Of a stretch of DNA of 64,000 nt, positions 15,329-25,144 are shown piece by piece. The stretch spans positions 779 through 64,778 of the IMG/VR virus record IMGVR_UViG_3300015063_000001. One strand, written 5' to 3'. The notes beneath the pieces were generated by a model. The model saw only the letters and a program-made list of their open reading frames with translations. It did not search any database and was not told the DNA's origin. The stretch comes from a virus. Made by a program: the position numbers and the translations under genes. The stretch's first letter is position 1. Each line of letters begins with the position of its first letter.

Positions 15329-17817
15329 TGGCGAACGTCTTTCCGCTTGATACCGGCCAGAATTACCGCAAGCAGGAAGGCCCCGAGCCGGTGCAGGGCC
15401 ACGACATCACGATTATTACGGATGGTCCGGCCGGCCCGCAGTTCGACCAGGAAACCAACACGACCCAGATCGACTTGCCGGATGGCAGCGTCCAGATCAG
15501 CTTTGGACCGCCTCAGAAGCCCAAGAAACAGAACGATTTTGCCGACAACCTGGCCGAAGACCTAACGGATTCCGAGCTAAGCGCGATCGTCGAACGGCTG
15601 CTCCGCGGCATCGAACAGGACAGCCAGACCAGATCGGCGTGGCTGGAAAATATGAGTTCCGGCATTTCGTTGCTCGGGCTCGAGGTCAAGACGCCGCGCG
15701 GCGCCGCAGCGAGCGGGGCGACCCCGGCCGAAGGCGTTTCCACCGTCGACCATCCCCTGCTGCTCGAGGCTGTTCTGAGGTTCCAGGCCAACGCCCGCGG
15801 CGAATTGCTGCCGAGCGATGGGCCGGTCAAGGTCAGGAACGACGGCGCCGACGACTCGCTCGCGGCCAGACTGGCGCTGGCGCTGGAAAAAGACCTGAAC
15901 CACTACCTCACCAAGACGGCCAAGGAATACTACCCCGACACCGACAAAATGCTGCTGATGCTGGGGTTCTGCGGGATATCGTTTAAGAAGGGCTACCACG
16001 ACCCGATCAAGCGCCGTCCGGTCATCGCCTCGATCGACGCCAAGGATTTGATTGTCAGTAACGCGGCGACCGACATCGACGGCGCCGGCCGCGTCACCCA
16101 CAGGATTATGATGCGGCCGAGCGTGCTGAAACGCATGCAGCTTTTAGGCGCCTACCTCAACATCAATCTGCCGGCACAGGGGACGCCAGCCACGCCGAAC
16201 GCGGTGGATGCCGCAATCGGCCGTGTCCAGGGCATCGCGCCGCCGACTTACATCGAGCAGGACGACCAGGACCGCGAAATCTACGAGTGCTATTGCGAAA
16301 TCGACGTCCCCGGCTTCGAGCACACACTGAAAGACGAGAAGACCGGTGATGTGACCGACACCGGCCTGCCGCTGCCGTACAAGGTGACGATCGACAAGGA
16401 CGCCCGCAAGATATTGGAGATACGGCGGAATTGGGTCGAAGACGACGAGTTCTGCATGCCACGGAACCGGATCGTGGCCTATATCTTCATTCCAGGCCTT
16501 GGCTTCTACGGCATCGGCCTGCTGAACATCCTCGGCAATGCGACGAAGGCGGTCACCGCAGCGTGGCGCCTCATGATCGACGCCGGCATGTTCGCCAACT
16601 TCCCCGGCTTCTTGTATTTGAAATCATTGGCGAAACAGCTAACGAATCAGTTCCGGATCCCGCCTGGCGGCGGCATGCCGATCGACACAGTCGGCAACGA
16701 CATCCGAGCGTCTGTGATGCCGCTGCCATACAAAGACCCGTCTGCGGTATTCATACAACTCATTGATAACATTGCAACAACTGCGCAGCGCGTCGGCGGC
16801 ACGGCGGAATTGCAGATCGGAGAGGGCAAGCAGGATGCCCCGGTCGGCACCACCTTGGCGATGATCGAGCAGGCCACGAAATTGATGTCGGCCGTGCATA
16901 AGCGGCTGCACCATGCCCAGGGCGAAGAGTTCAGTATTTTGAAGGAGATGCTGGCCGAGGACCCGGAAGCGCTGTGGCGCCATAACAAGAAAAGCAAGGT
17001 GCTAGCGCTATTGATCGAACAGGCCGGCGGAACGGACGTCGTCGCACAAGAGCAGGCCGCCGAAGTCAAGCATCGCGCCCTATTCCTTGAAGCCTTGGCG
17101 GATTGCGAGTTGGTCCCGCGCGCTGACCCGAACACGTCGAGCCAGACCGAGCGCTATCTCAAGGTTGTGGCGATGCGGCAAATGGCTCAGACAAATCAAA
17201 GCATCGATCTCGACGCCGTCGACAAGCGCGCCTTCCAGGTCATGGGTGTGGATGACGGCGACAGCCTATTCAAGCAGGCTGCGGTCGGCCCGGCCGCGCC
17301 GGACCCGAACGCAATTACCGCACAGGCCACGCTTATCGCCGCGCAGGCGAGGCTCCAGGACAGCCAGACAAAGGCGAAGACGGCCGAGTTCGACGCGCAA
17401 AACAATCAAAGCAACCTGCAGACCAAGAAGGAAATCGCGGCGCTTGGCGTCTCGAAAGAGTTGATAATTCACCAAGCCGATCAACAGCATGCCGACCAGT
17501 TGCAGGCCGCCGCGAACTCGCATCGATCCGCCGATCGGGTTCATAAACTGGCTTTGGCGACGGCCGGCCACAGAGCGAATGCTCACGCCGCCGCCGCGGA
17601 TCGCGCGCACGCCCTGCACCAAACCGGCCTAGGAATAGCGCATAAGGTCGTCGCCGCCGGCGCCGATCAAGCGCATCAAGCCGAGCAATCAGGACTGGCG
17701 CGGACACACGACGCCGCGCTCAGCGGTCTTGATAACTTGCACGAAGCCAATCAGAATGCGCTCGATCGCTCGCATGATTCGGCCACGCCGCCGGGATCTG
17801 GGATTGCACCTTCATGA
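15328..17817 (+). CDS. portal protein (P22-like, with long C-terminal helical extension)
   Basis: 829 aa downstream of terL; FDDNLA-type start, HPLLLEAVLRFQA, FIPGLGFYGIGL, VGTTLAMIEQ, MSAVHKRLH. Confidence 0.9.
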   Translation: MANVFPLDTGQNYRKQEGPEPVQGHDITIITDGPAGPQFDQETNTTQIDLPDGSVQISFGPPQKPKKQNDFADNLAEDLTDSELSAIVERLLRGIEQDSQTRSAWLENMSSGISLLGLEVKTPRGAAASGATPAEGVSTVDHPLLLEAVLRFQANARGELLPSDGPVKVRNDGADDSLAARLALALEKDLNHYLTKTAKEYYPDTDKMLLMLGFCGISFKKGYHDPIKRRPVIASIDAKDLIVSNAATDIDGAGRVTHRIMMRPSVLKRMQLLGAYLNINLPAQGTPATPNAVDAAIGRVQGIAPPTYIEQDDQDREIYECYCEIDVPGFEHTLKDEKTGDVTDTGLPLPYKVTIDKDARKILEIRRNWVEDDEFCMPRNRIVAYIFIPGLGFYGIGLLNILGNATKAVTAAWRLMIDAGMFANFPGFLYLKSLAKQLTNQFRIPPGGGMPIDTVGNDIRASVMPLPYKDPSAVFIQLIDNIATTAQRVGGTAELQIGEGKQDAPVGTTLAMIEQATKLMSAVHKRLHHAQGEEFSILKEMLAEDPEALWRHNKKSKVLALLIEQAGGTDVVAQEQAAEVKHRALFLEALADCELVPRADPNTSSQTERYLKVVAMRQMAQTNQSIDLDAVDKRAFQVMGVDDGDSLFKQAAVGPAAPDPNAITAQATLIAAQARLQDSQTKAKTAEFDAQNNQSNLQTKKEIAALGVSKELIIHQADQQHADQLQAAANSHRSADRVHKLALATAGHRANAHAAAADRAHALHQTGLGIAHKVVAAGADQAHQAEQSGLARTHDAALSGLDNLHEANQNALDRSHDSATPPGSGIAPS

Positions 17818-18200
17818 CTTATCCAGAAAAGTTTGCGAGCTACAAGCACCAGCCGAAGTTTCTTGACCGCGCGATGGCGGAAGAGAAGCGCGCCGATGGC
17901 GGTAAGGTCTGGCCGCAGACGGAAACCACGGACGAAGAAATGCACCGGCACGCCGACATGATCAGCGCCGCCAATACGCAGCGCGACAACGCCGACGCCG
18001 AACCAGTTGTTGTGACCGATCCAGACTATGATCGATTTGACCGCAATCGGTCGGGCCCCGCCTATTCCAAAGGGTCGCAAGGCGCTCTTCAAGAAGAGAT
18101 GGAGTCCGTGCGTTCGTCAAAGGCGATGAACCAGTCAGGCAGGAATGCCGGCCAAGGCCCTACACGCCGCAGAGCGGCCAATCCAAACGAAGGAGACTGA
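17814..18200 (+). CDS. putative internal head protein (KRADGGKV motif)
   Basis: ATGA-coupled to portal; low complexity. Confidence 0.65.
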   Translation: MTYPEKFASYKHQPKFLDRAMAEEKRADGGKVWPQTETTDEEMHRHADMISAANTQRDNADAEPVVVTDPDYDRFDRNRSGPAYSKGSQGALQEEMESVRSSKAMNQSGRNAGQGPTRRRAANPNEGD

Positions 18201-18202
18201 TC

Positions 18203-19018
18203 GTGGCACATCCGATGAAAAAGGCCGGCGTTGAGGGGCACAACGCAAAGCTCAAGAGGATGACGGAAGACTACGGCTCCGCCGACCCGTCGATGAACAA
18301 GCTCGCGCCCGACGACCTCCTGAAAAACGAAGGGCCGGAAGATGCCGTCGGTTTTGGCAGCGATGCCAGCGCGCCGACCGCGCGCGCCGATCGCGCCGGC
18401 CGCGGGCGCCGCACCACGGCCGCCAATCCGGTTTCGACCTATCGCAAGGGCGGCAGGGTCAAGCGCGCCGATGGCGGCGACGTCTCCGCGATTGAGATGG
18501 CCAACAAAAACCAGGCCTCGGCAAAGCCGATGGAGCGCGCCCGTGGCGGCCGCGCCAAACACAAAGGCACCAACGTCAACGTCATCGTGGCGCCGCAGGG
18601 CGGCACCGGTGCCGCGCCGCCGCCCCCGATGCCGCCGCTTGGCGGCCCCGGCGGTCCGCCGCCAATGATGCCGCCGAAGCCGCCGATGGGCGCCATGCCT
18701 CCGGGTGGACCGCCTCCTGGAATGCCGATGGCGATGGGTGCCCCTGGCGGGGTTCCCCCTGGAATTATGCCCCCTCGTAAGAGGGGTGGCCGCGTCAAGC
18801 ATGCTGACGAAGCCGAAGACAAGGCGCTGATCCAGAAAACCTTGAAGGACGAAGGTCTGATTCGCTCCGACAAGGCGGAAAAGCTGGAAGGCCGCGCCCG
18901 CGGCGGCAAGATCACCAGCATTCACGACATGACCGCCGGCAGCATGAGTGGGCCCGGCCGAATCGAAAAAGCCGAACTGCAAAAGAATGTTGGTCGCAAG
19001 GCGCCACAGGCGGTCTAG
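18203..19018 (+). CDS. Pro/Gly/Met-rich putative internal head protein with several basic-GG motifs
   Basis: SD AAGGAG upstream; YRKGG, KRADGG, RARGG, RKRGG, RARGG. Confidence 0.8.
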   Translation: MAHPMKKAGVEGHNAKLKRMTEDYGSADPSMNKLAPDDLLKNEGPEDAVGFGSDASAPTARADRAGRGRRTTAANPVSTYRKGGRVKRADGGDVSAIEMANKNQASAKPMERARGGRAKHKGTNVNVIVAPQGGTGAAPPPPMPPLGGPGGPPPMMPPKPPMGAMPPGGPPPGMPMAMGAPGGVPPGIMPPRKRGGRVKHADEAEDKALIQKTLKDEGLIRSDKAEKLEGRARGGKITSIHDMTAGSMSGPGRIEKAELQKNVGRKAPQAV

Positions 19019-19020
19019 TT

Positions 19021-19572
19021 TTGTCAGGTCTCGATCAGGACACTTTGCGCGCGTTGGTTCATTATGAGCCAACGACAGGCGTTTTTACGTGGCTGCCGCG
19101 CAAGCCGATTAGCAAGAGCGTGAAGATGTGGAATGGAAAGTTTGCGAATAAGCCGATAACCATTCTCGACTCATACGGCTATATCCAGATCAACATCACG
19201 ATAAATGGTGTTGCAAAACACTATAAGGGCCATCGCCTCGCGTGGCTCTACGTTTATGGGGAGCATCCAAAGTCTGAAATTGACCACGTCAATCAGATAA
19301 GGACCGATAACAGAATATCGAATTTGCGGTTGGCGTCGAAAGCCGAAAATCAATACAATGTTACGCAGCCGCGTAAGCATAATATGAGCGGCGAGAAGGG
19401 GGTCAAATGGTGCCCCAGAGACAATAATTACATGGCCAGAATCGTTGCCGGCGGAAAGGAAATTTATCTTGGGAAATTCAAAGATATTGAATCCGCCAAG
19501 GCAGCGTATAGCGCTGCGCATATTAGATACGCGAAGCAGTTTTCGCCTTATTTGAATGAGGCGGCAGCATGA
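19021..19572 (+). CDS. HNH homing endonuclease with AP2 domain
   Basis: HRLAWLYVYG...IDHVNQIRTDNRISNLRLA; AP2-like SGEKGVKW...YLGKFKD. Confidence 0.9.
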   Translation: MSGLDQDTLRALVHYEPTTGVFTWLPRKPISKSVKMWNGKFANKPITILDSYGYIQINITINGVAKHYKGHRLAWLYVYGEHPKSEIDHVNQIRTDNRISNLRLASKAENQYNVTQPRKHNMSGEKGVKWCPRDNNYMARIVAGGKEIYLGKFKDIESAKAAYSAAHIRYAKQFSPYLNEAAA

Positions 19573-19799
19573 ACGAATCAATCATAGACCCATTTCACAA
19601 AAGCCTTCATGCGGTGCTCGTCGATGACATCGACAAGCGCATGGTGTCGTTGGCGGAAGGCTCGGCGGCAACTTTTGACGCCTACCAATACCAGACCGGC
19701 TATATTCAAGCCCTCAACGCCGTCGTAGCAAAGTGCCTCGAACTGGAACATGAGCGCTACGGGGCTCGGCCCGGCGCTGACGAACAACAGCAAGCGTAA
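19569..19799 (+). CDS. hypothetical head-region protein
   Basis: SD GAGG; ATGA overlap. Confidence 0.75.
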   Translation: MNESIIDPFHKSLHAVLVDDIDKRMVSLAEGSAATFDAYQYQTGYIQALNAVVAKCLELEHERYGARPGADEQQQA

Positions 19800-19811
19800 G
19801 GAAAGTCTCGC

Positions 19812-20219
19812 ATGCCGCCGATGTTGATGACGCACACCACCGACCCGCGCGACGATATCTACAAAAAGATTGGAATGAAGCGGGATCTGACAATCCCCGG
19901 CTTTTACTTGTACGGCAACCGGGTTTTGATCGGCATCTATCTGCGGCCGGAAAAAACAAAATCTGGCATCATCCTTTCCGACCAGACCCGCGATGAAGAC
20001 AAGCATCAAGGCAAAGCCGGTATCGTTCTCGCGATGGGTCATTCAGCCTTCAAATCCGACGATCATTTCAGTTTTGGGCCAGACGAATTGAAGGTCGGTG
20101 ACTGGATCATGCTGTTTGTATCACATGGCTTGAAATGTGCCGTGAACGGGCAGGAATGCCGCATCATTCGCGACCAAGACATCACCATGAAAATTCCGGC
20201 GCCTGACGCCGTATTCTAA
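19812..20219 (+). CDS. groES: GroES-like co-chaperonin
   Basis: GNRVLI..EKTKSGIILSD...GIVLAMG...KVGDWI...GQECRIIRDQDI. Confidence 0.8.
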   Translation: MPPMLMTHTTDPRDDIYKKIGMKRDLTIPGFYLYGNRVLIGIYLRPEKTKSGIILSDQTRDEDKHQGKAGIVLAMGHSAFKSDDHFSFGPDELKVGDWIMLFVSHGLKCAVNGQECRIIRDQDITMKIPAPDAVF

Positions 20220-20236
20220 TACGAGGGGAAATACCA

Positions 20237-21289
20237 ATGGCTGACAATGACGCGACCGTTACCGTGGAAGACGAGGCTGTTGTCACGGTCGACGTGACGG
20301 ATCATCCCGAGCTCGCCGCCGCCGTCGATAACGAAATTGAAGCCGCTCCGGCGCCGAAACCGGCGAAGGAAAGGGCTGCGAAGGCTTCCGGCGCCGTCGA
20401 TGAGGCCGCGGCCGCGCTTATCAAGACGGCTGACGACGCCCGTATTGCTGCCCTGGCAACGGCCGAAGCCGAGCGCCAGCGCGCGAACAACGCCGAGCGG
20501 ATCGCCACGCAGCGGGCCACCGAAGCGGAAGGCTACCGCGGCCAGGCGGAAGAGCAGCAACTCACAATCCTGACAAACGGCATCGACAGCGCGAAGCGCG
20601 AGGTTGCGTCCGCAAAGCAGGACTGGCGGAATGCCCAGGAAGCCGGTGATTTCGACAAGGCGGCGGATGCGCAGGAGCGTCTAGCGAAGGGTGCCGCCGC
20701 CGTCGATCGGCTGGAGGCGGCCAAGGCCGAGTTTGACGCGGCGCCGAAAAAGCCGACAGCCGAGGGGCGTGTCGAAGCGGCACCGGTGCCGCAGCAGGTA
20801 TCGGCGTTCGAGCGCTACGTCTCCGGCTTCCCGCCGCAGGCACAGGCGTGGCTCCGTTCCCATCCGGAATGCGTCCCGCCGCAGGTTGGCGGCAACCCCA
20901 CCAAAAACGCCGCGATGATGAAGGGCCATTACGCCGCGCTCGAGCAGAATATTGTGGAAGGCAGCCCGGACTATTTCCGCGTCATCGAAGAGACCACCGG
21001 GTACCGGGCGCCGGTTTCCGCCGCCGCTCAAGTCACTCAGGCCGGCGAAGAGCCAGCCCCGAAGCCTGCCCAGCGCCGGCAGGTACAGCCATCGGCGCCG
21101 GTCAGTCGTGACCCGCCGGCCGGCCCCGGCGTACCGCGCACGACGCGGTCTGTCTCGCTGAACCCGGAGCAGCAGGCGACCGCGAAGTTCTCCTTCCCGC
21201 ACCTACCACCGCAACAGGCGTTTGCCGAATACGCCAAGAATCTGATCGAACTCGAGGCCGAAGGTAAGCTCGGCCGGACCAGCCATTAA
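20237..21289 (+). CDS. head scaffolding protein
   Basis: SD GAGGGA; Ala/Glu-rich coiled coil; lies between portal and capsid. Confidence 0.7.
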   Translation: MADNDATVTVEDEAVVTVDVTDHPELAAAVDNEIEAAPAPKPAKERAAKASGAVDEAAAALIKTADDARIAALATAEAERQRANNAERIATQRATEAEGYRGQAEEQQLTILTNGIDSAKREVASAKQDWRNAQEAGDFDKAADAQERLAKGAAAVDRLEAAKAEFDAAPKKPTAEGRVEAAPVPQQVSAFERYVSGFPPQAQAWLRSHPECVPPQVGGNPTKNAAMMKGHYAALEQNIVEGSPDYFRVIEETTGYRAPVSAAAQVTQAGEEPAPKPAQRRQVQPSAPVSRDPPAGPGVPRTTRSVSLNPEQQATAKFSFPHLPPQQAFAEYAKNLIELEAEGKLGRTSH

Positions 21290-21300
21290 GGACCAGACCT

Positions 21301-21873
21301 ATGACCACACAGAATCAAGCCCAAGCCCCCCGCCCCGCCCGCGTCCCGCGCGCGCCGCGCGCCGCGGTTCGTACCGCCGAGCACCAGCCGGATTCCAGCG
21401 AAATGGAGCGCGAGCCGGAGCGCGAAGCAGCGCACACCGCGCCGCGCGCCAGAACCAGGCAGCGCCGGTCCGAGATCAACAACGACCCGTATGCCGTTCC
21501 GCTCGATGAAATTCCGGAAGGCTCGAGCTACGAGTGGAAGCGGCTTTCCAATATCGGCGAGGAAAACCCGTTCTACATCGCGGAAATGCGGCGCCAGGGG
21601 TGGGAGCCGGTCGACCCGAAGCGCCATCCGAACTGGGTGCCGCCTGGCTACAATCTGCCGACGATCGTCAAGGGCGGCCTGATTCTGATGGAACGCCCGA
21701 TCGAACTGACGAAGGAAGCCCAGGCCGAGCAGCGCGTGTTGTCGCGGCGCCAGATGGTCGAGGCCGAACAGCGTCTCGGCATGACGCCGAAGGATACGCT
21801 GACCCGGCAGCACACCGGCGTCGAGCCCCGCGTCGAGAAACAAATGATGCGGCCGGTCCCGATCGAAGAGTAA
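21301..21873 (+). CDS. conserved head-module protein
   Basis: PEGSSYEWKR...RQGWEPV...GGLILMERP, recurrent upstream of capsid genes in related podoviruses. Confidence 0.75.
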   Translation: MTTQNQAQAPRPARVPRAPRAAVRTAEHQPDSSEMEREPEREAAHTAPRARTRQRRSEINNDPYAVPLDEIPEGSSYEWKRLSNIGEENPFYIAEMRRQGWEPVDPKRHPNWVPPGYNLPTIVKGGLILMERPIELTKEAQAEQRVLSRRQMVEAEQRLGMTPKDTLTRQHTGVEPRVEKQMMRPVPIEE

Positions 21874-21899
21874 TCGACGTGAACTTGTAGAATTGGAAA

Positions 21900-23078
21900 A
21901 TGTTTCTGAACTATAAATATCGGCTCATACCAAACAAGCGCCAGCATAGGGCGCTTGCGGATATCTGTGAGTCTCAGCGGCAACTCTACAACGCCGCACT
22001 TGAGGAAAGAATCGACTGCTATCGCAAGACTGGCAAAGGCCGTTCCTACTTCGATCAATGCAAGGCCGTGACAGAGTGTCGTCACGCCTTGCCAGAGATG
22101 GGTGCATTGCCGGCCAATCTCCAGCGGTGGACGCTAAAGCGTTTGGACGACGCTTATGCTGGGTTCTTCCGCCGCTGCAAGACAAACGGCAAAGCTGGAT
22201 TTCCGCGCTTTCGCGGTAAGGGCTGGTGGAGCAGTTTCGGGTTTGCCACGTTCAGTGGCGTCGAGTTTGACGGTAAGCGGCTTCGTTTCAAGGGATTTCC
22301 AGGCGGCTTGCGCGTTCATATCTGCCGTCCGCTTCCACAGGATTGTAGAATAACATCCTGCGTTTTCAACCGCGACCACAAAGGCTGGAACGTCTGTTTC
22401 CAGATCGAGGTCGCGGCGGCAGAGAAAAAGGCGATTGCAAGCGAGGTCGGCATCGACGTCGGGCTTATCGCTTTCGCCTACCAAAGCGACGGCGTTGCAA
22501 TTCCTGCACCGCAGTTTGCGCGGCGCGCTGAGCGTGAAATGCGCCGTAGACAGCGCGCTTTGGCCCGCTGCAAAAATGGCTCCAACTGCCGCAAGAAGGC
22601 GAAGGAGCGCGTCGCCCGTCTGCACCGCAAGATCGTTAATGTTCGCACCACTTGGCTGCATCAGCAGTCGGCGCGCATCGTAAATTCATACGATTTAATC
22701 GCCGTTGAAGATTTGAAAGTCGCCAATATGGTTAGGAATGGCCATTTGGCGCGTTCAATATCCGATGCGTCGTGGTCTACTTTCACAAATATGCTGTCCT
22801 ATAAAGCTGAAAAGGCTGGTGGGACCTTCGTGAAGGTTGACCCAAGGATGACTTCGCAAATCTGTTCTGGCTGCGGAGTGGTTGTGAAAAAGGGCTTGGC
22901 TGATCGGGTGCATTCGTGCCCTGATTGCGGACTAACTCTTGATCGCGATCACAACGCGGCGATAAACATTTTGCACCGGGCTGGGAATCGTCCGGGGGCC
23001 GCTAACGTGATCCAAGTTTGGGATGAGCGTTGGCCCGGAAACATGCCAGAGGCTCCCGCAAGGGGGCGAGTGGTATAA
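21900..23078 (+). mobile_element. tnpB: TnpB RNA-guided endonuclease (IS200/IS605 superfamily), no tnpA nearby
   Basis: N-terminal YKYRLIPN; GFPRFR; RuvC GIDVG, AVEDL and DRDHNAAINI; zinc finger CSGCG...CPDCG. Confidence 0.92.
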
Positions 23079-23365
23079 TTTCCAACACAAAGCCAAGCCG
23101 CAGCGTCTTACGAAAGCCGGTATGCACTTGGCTTTCTGCGTCCGACTACGAAATATTTGCCAGCTTGGCCAGAGCGAACAATGTCACCGTCGCAATGTAT
23201 ATGCGCGGGATAATCGTCGACGCGATCGCCGACGAGACCAAAACCTTAAACGTGCCGCGCGCAGCATCTTGTCAAATCGCTACAGGTTGCGGTATTACTG
23301 ATTCACCGATACCAGCATTGCGCGCCGCAAGTGCTGATGGGCTGATCGCCTCGCGCCGAGATTGA
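23030..23365 (+). CDS. ribbon-helix-helix-like protein; start uncertain, overlaps the tnpB 3' end
   Basis: RKPVCTWLSASDYEIFASLARANNVTVAMYMRGIIVDAI fits a beta-helix-helix CopG pattern. Confidence 0.45.
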   Translation: MARKHARGSRKGASGIISNTKPSRSVLRKPVCTWLSASDYEIFASLARANNVTVAMYMRGIIVDAIADETKTLNVPRAASCQIATGCGITDSPIPALRAASADGLIASRRD

Positions 23366-23447
23366 TCGCCAACGCGGACCCGCCAAGCCCGAGCCGGGCA
23401 GAGGCAAAATCCAAAACCAAGTGATGGCTTCCGCGCGCCGTGGAAGC
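23313..23447 (+). ncRNA. candidate structured leader with three hairpins sharing a G-CGC-C triloop
   Basis: Hairpins at 23313-23336, 23344-23367 and 23427-23447, paired by hand. Confidence 0.5.
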
Positions 23448-23539
23448 GGAACCTCTAGGTCGATCTGCGCCGTACCGGCACAGGGACGCCAAGACTGAGG
23501 CTACTGCGCGCTTTCATAGCTGCGCGAGGGAGATTGAAA

Positions 23540-24175
23540 TTGGCAAACACGCTTGCACCCTTCGGCTTCGTCCAGGTCGGCACAGCTTCCGGCCCCCCGA
23601 ATTTTGCACGGGCTGGTAGCCCGTCGCCTTACAAGATCGCCGCCGGCTTCACCACCGCGATTTACTTCGGTGACGCCGTCAGAATGTGGGTGTCTGGCGA
23701 CTCCGGCACCTCATCGGCTGGCTACATCACGCCTTGGGTCGTCGCCGACGGCGGCTCGGCCACCAAAATCCTGGCCGGCATCTTCCTGGGGTGCGAATAT
23801 TATTCAACGGGCCAACGCAAGACGGTCTGGAACAACTACTGGCCCGGTTCGGACGCCACTGGCGACGTGACCGCCTTCGTCTGCGACGATCCGCAGTCAC
23901 AATGGATGGTCCAGGCCGGCACCGCTGCCGTTCCGATCACCGCCGCCTCGATCGGCGCCAACGCCGATATCATCACCACACCGGTCGGCAACACGACCAC
24001 CGGCATCTCCGGCATGACTCTGGGTGTCCCGACGACCACGGTCACGCTGCCGTTCAAGGTGGTCAACCTTGTGCAGTCGCCTCCGGGTGTCAACGGCCGC
24101 GACGTCGCGACGGCGTACAACAACGTCATCGTCGCATTCAACAACCAGATCTACAAAGCCGGCTTGGGGGTCTAA
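23540..24175 (+). CDS. minor capsid / head decoration protein
   Basis: SD GAGGGAG plus TTG; MANTLAPFGF start and immediate pre-capsid position; strongly GC3-biased. Confidence 0.75.
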   Translation: MANTLAPFGFVQVGTASGPPNFARAGSPSPYKIAAGFTTAIYFGDAVRMWVSGDSGTSSAGYITPWVVADGGSATKILAGIFLGCEYYSTGQRKTVWNNYWPGSDATGDVTAFVCDDPQSQWMVQAGTAAVPITAASIGANADIITTPVGNTTTGISGMTLGVPTTTVTLPFKVVNLVQSPPGVNGRDVATAYNNVIVAFNNQIYKAGLGV

Positions 24176-24178
24176 ACC

Positions 24179-25105
24179 ATGGCAATCAACGTCACAGCCA
24201 TTCGTGATCTCCTTCTCCCTGGTCTCCGTGGGGTCACCGGCGAATACAAGCAGTGGGCCTCGATCTGGCCGAAACTGTTCGACCAGGGCAAGTCCGAAAT
24301 GGCGCAGGAGCGCACCGCTTCCATGCGGTTCCTCCCGCTGGCGCAACTCAAGTCGGACGGTGGTCAGACTTTCTTCGACAACGGCAGCGGTGAGGCTTTC
24401 GTCTACAACCAGCTTCACACCGGCATCGGCCTTGGTTACGCGATCACCCGCAACACGATCGCGGACAATCTCTACAAGGCGCAGTTCCGGCCGTCGAACC
24501 TCGGCCTGCAGCGCAGCTTCGCGCAGACCAAGGAAATCTACGCCGCGGCGGTGTTCAACAACGCCACGACCTACGACAGCACGGTTGGCGGCGATGGTGT
24601 CGCGCTTCTGAGCACCGCGCACCCACTGCCGTCCGGCGGCTCGGGCCCGGCGACTTGGGCGAACGCGCCGACGACCAACGTGGACCTCAACGAGTCGAGC
24701 CTGCTCAACGGCATGATCTCGATCCAGACCGGGTTCTACGACAACGCTGGTCTCCGCATGATGGCGACCGGCAAGACGCTGGTCATTCATCCGAACAACG
24801 AGCCGGTCGCGCTGCGCCTGCTCCGCGCCGAGCGCCGGCCCGGCACTGCGATGAACGACCCGAACGTGATCCCGATCACGGCCGGCGGCGTCACCGAATA
24901 CGTCAAGGACGTGTTCTTCACCTCGCCGTACCCCTGGTACATCAAGACCGACCAGCCCGGCCTGCTATACCTCGAGCGCGAACCGTTCGAGATTGATATG
25001 CAGGTCGACTTCACCACGGACAACCTGCTGGTGAAGGCCTGGGAAAGATACTCGTTTAATTATAACGATCCCCGCAGTTTATGGGGTTCCTCTCCCACGT
25101 CTTAA
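24179..25105 (+). CDS. major capsid protein (Mu gpT-like)
   Basis: 308 aa; very strong codon bias; GLGYAITR..IADNLY, GGDGVALLSTAHP, DFTTDN..KAWERYSF. Confidence 0.9.
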   Translation: MAINVTAIRDLLLPGLRGVTGEYKQWASIWPKLFDQGKSEMAQERTASMRFLPLAQLKSDGGQTFFDNGSGEAFVYNQLHTGIGLGYAITRNTIADNLYKAQFRPSNLGLQRSFAQTKEIYAAAVFNNATTYDSTVGGDGVALLSTAHPLPSGGSGPATWANAPTTNVDLNESSLLNGMISIQTGFYDNAGLRMMATGKTLVIHPNNEPVALRLLRAERRPGTAMNDPNVIPITAGGVTEYVKDVFFTSPYPWYIKTDQPGLLYLEREPFEIDMQVDFTTDNLLVKAWERYSFNYNDPRSLWGSSPTS

Positions 25106-25114
25106 CTGATATAG

Positions 25115-25143
25115 TGCCCCGGTCTTCAACAGGAGATCGGGCA
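25115..25143 (+). promoter_or_regulatory. hairpin partly occluding the SD of the downstream endonuclease
   Basis: TGCCC(C)GGTCT-tcaacagg-AGATCGGGCA; AGGAG at 25131-25135; ATG at 25145. Confidence 0.6.
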
Positions 25144-25144
25144 A

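Noticed and set aside
18089-19072. 327-aa minus-strand ORF
   Set aside because: Antisense shadow of the GC-rich Pro/Gly gene 18203-19018; Arg/Ala/Gly-rich with no motif.
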